DNA from: Sphingorhabdus sp.
GTDB lineage: Bacteria; Pseudomonadota; Alphaproteobacteria; Sphingomonadales; Sphingomonadaceae
Reading direction: 5' to 3'
NCBI RefSeq assembly: GCF_044338195.1
Contig: NZ_JBIIMC010000008.1
Location: forward strand, 10,592 to 74,591
Length of the DNA stretch: 64,000 bases
Shown: positions 58,137-64,000 of the stretch, one piece after another
Layout of the letters: the number at the start of each line of letters is the position of its first letter
How positions within the stretch are numbered: the first letter of the stretch is position 1
Made by a program: the position numbers and the translations under genes
The notes under the pieces: generated by a model
The model's database searches: none
Told to the model about the DNA's origin: nothing
What the model saw: only the letters and a program-made list of their open reading frames with translations

Positions 58137-59108
58137 TTGGCTTTAGTCGCGCTTCTTTCGAACCCCAATTCAACCGGCAACAGGTCGTTGTTGCCGGCGG
58201 TTCGAAACTATTGCGCGAAAAATCCCGATATATTCCATTACGAAGTCGAAGAGATTGGCCAGATCGCCAAAGCGCTGGAAATGATTGCCCGCGTGAAGCC
58301 AAAGGTGCTCGTGATCAATGGCGGCGATGGCACCGTGCAGTCCGCTTTGACCGAACTATATCATGGTGGACATTTTGAAGGGTCCCCGCCGCCCGTCGCG
58401 GTGCTGCCCAATGGTAAGACCAACCTGATTGCGCTCGATTTGGGCGCTGAAGGTGACCCGTTGGAGGCGCTGGCGCGTATCATCGACGTCGCAAAGGGTG
58501 ATCTTTCCGAACATATCGTTGTCCGCGAACTGATTGCGTTAAGCGATGGCAGCGAAGGCGCGCGTCCGGTTCTGGGCATGTTCTTGGGCGGCGCGGGCCT
58601 TGCCGAAACGATCCTATATTGCCGCCACAAAATCTATCCATTGGGATTGCCCAATGGCCTAAGCCATTTCCTGACATTCATCGCCGTTATGTTTTCAGCA
58701 TTTGTTCGGGTGAAGGCAAGTTTCCTGCCGAAACGATCAAAGCCCGTCAGCATATCCTTTATCCGCAATGGCGAATTGCAGGGCACATTTTCGATCCTGA
58801 TCGTCACGACGCTGGAAAAGCTATTGCTTGGTGGACAGGCCGGCAAAACCAAACAGCGTGGTTTGATGAAATTTATGGCCGTTGACCAAACGCCATGGGC
58901 GATGCTGAAAATGATCGCGGCATCATTGCGCGGCAAATTGGGACAGACGCCCACAAGCGGTGTCCATTTCCAGCAAGGCGATGTCATCCGCATTGATAGC
59001 GAACGAAGCAGCGTCGTCTTGGATGGCGAAGTGTTCGAGGCGTATCGCGGTAGCCCGATCGTGCTTCGGTCAACGCCGCCTGTCCCTTTCCTGAAAATCG
59101 CTGCTTAA
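58137..59108 (+). CDS. Diacylglycerol/sphingosine kinase family protein, probable ceramide kinase (CpgB-like)
   Basis: LSNPNS, INGGDGT, LPNGKTNLIA, LDGE; located in the spt cluster. Confidence 0.8.
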   Translation: MALVALLSNPNSTGNRSLLPAVRNYCAKNPDIFHYEVEEIGQIAKALEMIARVKPKVLVINGGDGTVQSALTELYHGGHFEGSPPPVAVLPNGKTNLIALDLGAEGDPLEALARIIDVAKGDLSEHIVVRELIALSDGSEGARPVLGMFLGGAGLAETILYCRHKIYPLGLPNGLSHFLTFIAVMFSAFVRVKASFLPKRSKPVSISFIRNGELQGTFSILIVTTLEKLLLGGQAGKTKQRGLMKFMAVDQTPWAMLKMIAASLRGKLGQTPTSGVHFQQGDVIRIDSERSSVVLDGEVFEAYRGSPIVLRSTPPVPFLKIAA

Positions 59109-59140
59109 CAAGCGGCAACGGAAACGGTTAAGGCGCACAG

Positions 59141-60064
59141 ATGCTTTCGCTGACCCAGCTTGTGGCCGAGGAATTGGCCATACCCGCGCAACAGGGCGCG
59201 AGCGAATTCGCGGCGCATATCGCCGCGCAATATGGCCCGGCAGCGCGCGCTGTTCTATTCTACGGATCGTGCCTGCGGTCGGAACAGCTAGAGGGCGAAA
59301 TGCTCGACTTCTACCTCATCGTGTCCGATTACCAAGCCGCTTATGGACGCGGTTGGCTCGCCACATGGAACCGCCGCCTGCCGCCCAATGTATTTCCGTT
59401 TCAACATGGCAATCTGATTGCAAAGGTGGCTATTTTAAGCGAAGCGGACTTTCACCTCCTCAACCGCCCGGCGGCATCGGCGGTGTCGGTTTGGGCCCGT
59501 TTTGCCCAGCCATCGCGCCTCGTCTGGTGCGCGGATGAAGACGCACGGCAGTCTGCCATTCTCGCGATATCGGGTGCGGCCCCGACTTTGCTGAATGCGG
59601 CACTGGCATTTGCAGAACGCGAAGCTGATGTGCTCGACCTTTGGCAGGCGGGATTCCACATGACCTATGGCGCGGAGCTCCGCGCGGAACGCAAGGACCG
59701 GCCATCGTCGGTGATTGCGTTTGACCCCAATCGCTACGTCCGCTTTGGCCAAGCGGCATTGCAGTGCACGGCGATCGCCAATGACGTGCGCGGCGACAAA
59801 ATAGTTATCTTGCCCGACCCCGATGGCCACATCGTTCAAGAAAAACGCCGTTGGCCTGCACTGCGTCGACGTGGGAAGTTGCTGACCGTTGCGCGGCTGG
59901 CAAAGGCGGCGTTCACCTATGCCGGCGGCATTGATTATCTGGCGTGGAAGATAAACCGCCACGCCGGCACGCAAATCAACATACGCCCGTGGCAGCGCAA
60001 ATGGCCCCTGATCGCGGCGTTGTTTCTGGTGCCCAAGCTTTTGGCAAAGGGCGCCGTGCGTTAA
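59141..60064 (+). CDS. Nucleotidyltransferase-fold protein, Tam41-like (CpgC-like)
   Basis: LFYGS...MLDFYLIV and K.AILSE.DF...WARFAQP echo the Tam41 motifs; lies between the kinase and spt. Confidence 0.6.
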   Translation: MLSLTQLVAEELAIPAQQGASEFAAHIAAQYGPAARAVLFYGSCLRSEQLEGEMLDFYLIVSDYQAAYGRGWLATWNRRLPPNVFPFQHGNLIAKVAILSEADFHLLNRPAASAVSVWARFAQPSRLVWCADEDARQSAILAISGAAPTLLNAALAFAEREADVLDLWQAGFHMTYGAELRAERKDRPSSVIAFDPNRYVRFGQAALQCTAIANDVRGDKIVILPDPDGHIVQEKRRWPALRRRGKLLTVARLAKAAFTYAGGIDYLAWKINRHAGTQINIRPWQRKWPLIAALFLVPKLLAKGAVR

Positions 60065-60102
60065 AGCCTATTTTTACGCGGCACGAAAAGCGCGCGTCGC
60101 GG

Positions 60103-61302
60103 TCAAATAATCCCGACGGCCTTGCCCGCGCGTTCGAAGCGGCTGAGGATATCGGCAACCTGTTCGCTGCTATGTTCGGCGCATAAAGAACAGCGCAGCA
60201 ATGTCATGCCAGCGGGCGTCGCGGGCGGACGGGCGAGGTTTACATATAGGCCGTTTTCAAGAAGCGCAGCCCACATCATCGCGCCTTTTTCCAAATCGGG
60301 CATGATCACCGCGATGATCGCGCTTTGCGCATCGGGCGTGCCGAGTTTGAAACCAAGATCGCGCAGGCCCTGATGCAGATTTCTGGAGTTTTCCCACAAA
60401 TGCGCACGCTTGTTGCCATTGTGCATCAACTTGCGAATACTCGCCGCCGAACATGCGACGACCGCTGGTGGCAATGACGCCGTGAACACATAAGGGCGGC
60501 AGACAAGCCGCATGATTTCAAATTTCGGATGGTTCGAAACGCAGAAGCCACCGACGGTTCCGACCGATTTGGAGAACGTACCGATGACGAAATCGACATC
60601 GTCCAACACGCCCTGCTCTTCGGCCACGCCGCGGCCATTTTTGCCGATAAAGCCCATCGAATGCGCTTCGTCGACAAGGATCATGGCGCCGGCTTCCTTA
60701 GAAACGCGGATCATTTCCTTCAGCGGCGCAACATCGCCCAGCATCGAATAGACACCTTCAAGCACGACAAGCTTGCCCGCGTCGGCGGGCAGGCGCTTCA
60801 GTCGCTTTTCCAGCGCCTCGACGTCATTATGGCGGAAGGCCACGATTTCGGCATCGCCCATTTTGCAGCCATCATAGATCGACGCATGGCTGTCGATATC
60901 GAGAATGATATAATCGCCCTTGCCCGCAATCGTGCTGATGATGCCAAGGTTCGCCTGATAGCCCGTGGAAAAGACCATCGCATGGTCCATTCCGTAAAAT
61001 TCCTTCAACGCGTCTTCGCATTCCTTATGGCCCTGAAATGTGCCGTTCAGAACGCGGCTGCCGGTCGTGCCAGCGCCAAATTCGTCCAAAGCCTGCTTGC
61101 CCGCGGCGATGACATCATCGTCAAAGGTCATGCCCATATAATTATAGGTGCCAAGCAAGATGGTTTCCTTGCCATTCACGACAGCAACGGTCGGCGATTT
61201 CACCTCTTCCATCACAAGGCTGAACGGGTCTTTTACGCCCGTGGCCAGCAAGCCTTCACGTTGCCCAATCAGGTCATCAAATTTGGAGAATAAGTCAGTC
61301 AT
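60103..61302 (-). CDS. spt: Serine palmitoyltransferase
   Basis: GTYNYMG, GSRVLNGT, DEAHSMG, GTFSKS (PLP Lys); adjacent ACP gene. Confidence 0.9.
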   Translation of the reverse strand: MTDLFSKFDDLIGQREGLLATGVKDPFSLVMEEVKSPTVAVVNGKETILLGTYNYMGMTFDDDVIAAGKQALDEFGAGTTGSRVLNGTFQGHKECEDALKEFYGMDHAMVFSTGYQANLGIISTIAGKGDYIILDIDSHASIYDGCKMGDAEIVAFRHNDVEALEKRLKRLPADAGKLVVLEGVYSMLGDVAPLKEMIRVSKEAGAMILVDEAHSMGFIGKNGRGVAEEQGVLDDVDFVIGTFSKSVGTVGGFCVSNHPKFEIMRLVCRPYVFTASLPPAVVACSAASIRKLMHNGNKRAHLWENSRNLHQGLRDLGFKLGTPDAQSAIIAVIMPDLEKGAMMWAALLENGLYVNLARPPATPAGMTLLRCSLCAEHSSEQVADILSRFERAGKAVGII

Positions 61303-61337
61303 GCACGTCTTCCGTTAAAATCAGGCGTCCGTTTGAA

Positions 61338-61583
61338 TTAGGCTGCGGTCAGCTTGGTAACCGCGTCGACCAGTTGGCCGACATTTTCGATTTCTGCCTG
61401 TAAATTCATGCTGATGATGATGTCAAAGCTGTCTTCGACTTCAGCAACAAAATCCATGACGGTCAGGCTGTCCCATTCCAAATCACCTGCAAAAGTGGTG
61501 GTCTCGCCAACCTCGACACCTTTTTTGTTAAATGGCTCAATCAGGCCCTTTAGGCGATCAAACATTTCGCTGCGGTCGGTCAT
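61338..61583 (-). CDS. Acyl carrier protein dedicated to Spt
   Basis: DLEWDSL phosphopantetheine Ser; acidic 81 aa. Confidence 0.9.
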   Translation of the reverse strand: MTDRSEMFDRLKGLIEPFNKKGVEVGETTTFAGDLEWDSLTVMDFVAEVEDSFDIIISMNLQAEIENVGQLVDAVTKLTAA

Positions 61584-61673
61584 ATGTACATCCTCAAATT
61601 ATGTGACGGGCAATGCGCCATATGGGCGCGCTATGGCAAGCGAATAAGGCAGTATGAGGGCAAAGCCATGCGC

Positions 61674-62582
61674 CTACATCCACCCTTGCGCGCGATACCA
61701 GCTTGCGGTGTCTTTCAACCCCTTGGGCGTTGCTATTTCTGGCGTCCAAAGCTGGGGCCCTGGCGCAGCATCGCGATTGATGGTCCAGTCGGGGTGCGCC
61801 AGATAATTGGCGCGGTCGGGCGTCAGCTTCGCCTTTGCACCGCGAACCGTTCGGTCGGCCCATCCGGCAAATTTCAACAGAAACGCAGGCGCGTGCACCG
61901 TCGTGATATCGCGCCCGACCGCAGCGCCAATGGCCTTGGCAAAGCCGGCGTGGCTCCACCCGCCTGCCGTTCCGTCATCTGCCTCAAACACGCATTTCGA
62001 GACATCGTCCGCCGACAGCAAAGTCACCAGCAAGCGGGCGAGGTCGTCGACATGAATGACCGAGACCCTGCCCCGCGGCGGCAACAATGCCCATCCCTTG
62101 GCGGCGATGCGGAACATATCGAACATTTCGGTGTCGCCGGGGCCGTACACACCGGGCGGACGAATGACGGTCCAGTCGAGCGATGATGTGCGCACAAGCG
62201 CTTCTGCCGTGGCCTTGCTCGCGCCATACATCGAAAGCTCCGGATGGCGCGCAGCAAGCGAGGAGACGCAAACAAAACGGCTGATGCCAGCCAATTGGGC
62301 AGCGGCGAGGATATGGGCTGTGCCGGTCACATTCCCGCTCTCGAAGCCAGCCGCGTCGGGCGCGTTAACGACGCCTGCGACATGCAAAACGGCATCGGCG
62401 CCTTTGCACAATTCGGTGAGGCTTGCCGTATCGCTTAGGCTGCCATGAACCCAACTGACTCCGGCTTTTTTGTGCTGGTCCCGCCGCGTCAGCGCGCGGA
62501 CATGCCAACCAGCGGCAATCAACCGATCCAGCGTGATCCGTCCGACAAAACCCGTCGCTCCGGTTAGCGCGACTGTTTTCAC
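61674..62582 (-). CDS. Atypical SDR/epimerase, probable ceramide reductase (CerR-like)
   Basis: TGATGFVG, YGASK, RPPGVYGPGD; directly upstream of acp-spt. Confidence 0.75.
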   Translation of the reverse strand: MKTVALTGATGFVGRITLDRLIAAGWHVRALTRRDQHKKAGVSWVHGSLSDTASLTELCKGADAVLHVAGVVNAPDAAGFESGNVTGTAHILAAAQLAGISRFVCVSSLAARHPELSMYGASKATAEALVRTSSLDWTVIRPPGVYGPGDTEMFDMFRIAAKGWALLPPRGRVSVIHVDDLARLLVTLLSADDVSKCVFEADDGTAGGWSHAGFAKAIGAAVGRDITTVHAPAFLLKFAGWADRTVRGAKAKLTPDRANYLAHPDWTINRDAAPGPQLWTPEIATPKGLKDTASWYRAQGWM

Positions 62583-63709
62583 AAAAGGACCAACTGGTCG
62601 CGGTGGACAAGTACGGAGCGGGGCACGGTGCCCAAAATATCCGCCAATTCACTAGAACGATGGCCGCAAATGCGGGCAGCATCGACCGCATCATATTCGC
62701 AAAGGCCGCGCGCGACCGCAACGCCGTCATCATCACTGATGTCGATGACGTCGCCGCGTTTAAACTCACCCTCCACCGACAAGGCGCCAGCGGGCAACAA
62801 GCTACTGCCCGATATGAGCGCTTGGATGGCGCCAGCATCGATGCGGATGCGGCCCTTGACCGTCAGCCGACCGCCCAACCAGCTCTTGCGCGCGGAACCG
62901 CCGTCGCGCGGTGCAAAAAAGGTCGAAGGCCCACCCGCTTCAAGTGCGGCAAGCGGGTGATCGCGAAGGCCGGAGGCGATAACCAGTCCGATGCCTGCGC
63001 GGGTTGCAATATCGGCGGCATCCAGCTTGGACGCCATACCGCCCGACCCCATGCCAGAGGATGAACCCTCCGCCACCATGACGCGGACGCGGCCGTCAAT
63101 TTTTTCGATACTCCGCAACAATGTCGCACCCGGCAAATGTGGCGCGCGGTCGAAAAGGCCATCGACATCCGACAGCAAAATCACCCCGCTGGCGCCAGCC
63201 GCCTGCGCAACGCGTGCGGCCAACCGGTCATTGTCGCCAAAGCGGATTTCTTCGGTGGCGACGCTGTCATTTTCATTGATGACGGGAACGGCCCCTGCAC
63301 CCAACAGACGATCCAGCGTCGCGGCAATGTTCAAATAGCGGCGGCGATCCTCCAGATCATCCAGCGTCACGAGCATTTGCGCCGCAGCAAGCGACTGCGC
63401 GTCGAGCAGCTCTGCCCAGATGCCCGACAGCACAATTTGCCCAACAGATGCCGCAGCCTGCGCATCGGCGAGGCTGCTGCGGCCGCCTTTTTCAAAACCC
63501 AGACGGCGCGCACCCAATGCAATCGCGCCGGAGGTGACGATAACGATGCGCTGCCCGGCCTTGTGCCGCGCGCCGATATCCGCAACGAGCGTTTCCAACC
63601 ATTGCCGCCGCACATTCCCGTCAGGCTGCACCAGCAGCGACGATCCGACCTTGACCACCAACAGCGGGCAAGATGTCGGCAAGAATGCGGCGTTCAGATC
63701 GGCGACCAT
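62579..63709 (-). CDS. proB: Glutamate 5-kinase
   Basis: VVKVGSS, VTSGA, PVINEND, FGDNDRL, GSGGMASK, PUA domain. Confidence 0.96.
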   Translation of the reverse strand: MVADLNAAFLPTSCPLLVVKVGSSLLVQPDGNVRRQWLETLVADIGARHKAGQRIVIVTSGAIALGARRLGFEKGGRSSLADAQAAASVGQIVLSGIWAELLDAQSLAAAQMLVTLDDLEDRRRYLNIAATLDRLLGAGAVPVINENDSVATEEIRFGDNDRLAARVAQAAGASGVILLSDVDGLFDRAPHLPGATLLRSIEKIDGRVRVMVAEGSSSGMGSGGMASKLDAADIATRAGIGLVIASGLRDHPLAALEAGGPSTFFAPRDGGSARKSWLGGRLTVKGRIRIDAGAIQALISGSSLLPAGALSVEGEFKRGDVIDISDDDGVAVARGLCEYDAVDAARICGHRSSELADILGTVPRSVLVHRDQLVLL

Positions 63710-64000
63710 GTCCCGTCCTCGGAGATGCCATCGGCCTTTGCGCCTTCAATCCCGCTTTTGGCGGGCAGCGCTTCCAAGATCCGGTCGAGCACAAGATCAA
63801 CGCCCTGCCCCGTTGCACCGGAAATGGATATCACGTCCAACGCACCGGCTGCCTGCAATTGCTCGGCAATGTCGGCCATCAATTCGGGATCAAGCAAGTC
63901 GCCCTTGTTAAGCGCCACAATCTGCGGCTTTTCATCCAATGCTGCGCCATATTCGCTCAATTCGTCACACACGATATGCCACGCGGCGATGGGATCATCC
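63694..64000 (-). CDS. obgE: GTPase Obg, 3' part only
   Basis: EL..YG..L.EKPQIVALNKGD (G4) and ISGATGQG (G5); obg-proB order. Confidence 0.9.
   Translation of the reverse strand, partial: DDPIAAWHIVCDELSEYGAALDEKPQIVALNKGDLLDPELMADIAEQLQAAGALDVISISGATGQGVDLVLDRILEALPAKSGIEGAKADGISEDGTWSPI

Overview
Core chromosomal segment of an alphaproteobacterium, most likely Sphingomonadales (inferred from the serine-palmitoyltransferase/ceramide cluster, an EL222-type LOV-HTH protein and the gene orders seen). In order: a partial VapBC toxin-antitoxin pair; glmU/gph; a complete pho/pst operon with a convergent phosphate porin and in-phase pho boxes; cysE-like/oxyR; moaDE/pgsA; tRNA-Leu(CAA); an aldehyde dehydrogenase/acyl-CoA ligase/thiolase/PQQ-ADH block; glnB-glnA with NtrC and sigma54 sites; a three-gene light module; tonB-exbB-exbD-exbD; pduO, gluQ, rpsU, mlaA, fumarase; class I nrdAB with tandem NrdR boxes; a short accessory islet; an 8.6 kb sphingolipid synthesis/modification/export cluster; proB and the 3' end of obgE. 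No integrase, transposase, CRISPR array or rRNA was seen. Strongest leads: (1) an EL222-like blue-light transcription factor divergent from a fenestrated DTE proton-pumping xanthorhodopsin-type gene plus blh, a candidate light-gated phototrophy cassette; (2) a ceramide cluster with kinase and Tam41-like cytidylyltransferase genes but no head-group transferase; (3) an MlaA/VacJ protein with no lipobox cysteine that carries a TonB-box-like DTIVVTA motif; (4) an orphan ParB/sulfiredoxin-like ORF and several small ORFs. All assignments come from motif recognition by eye; no database searches were run.
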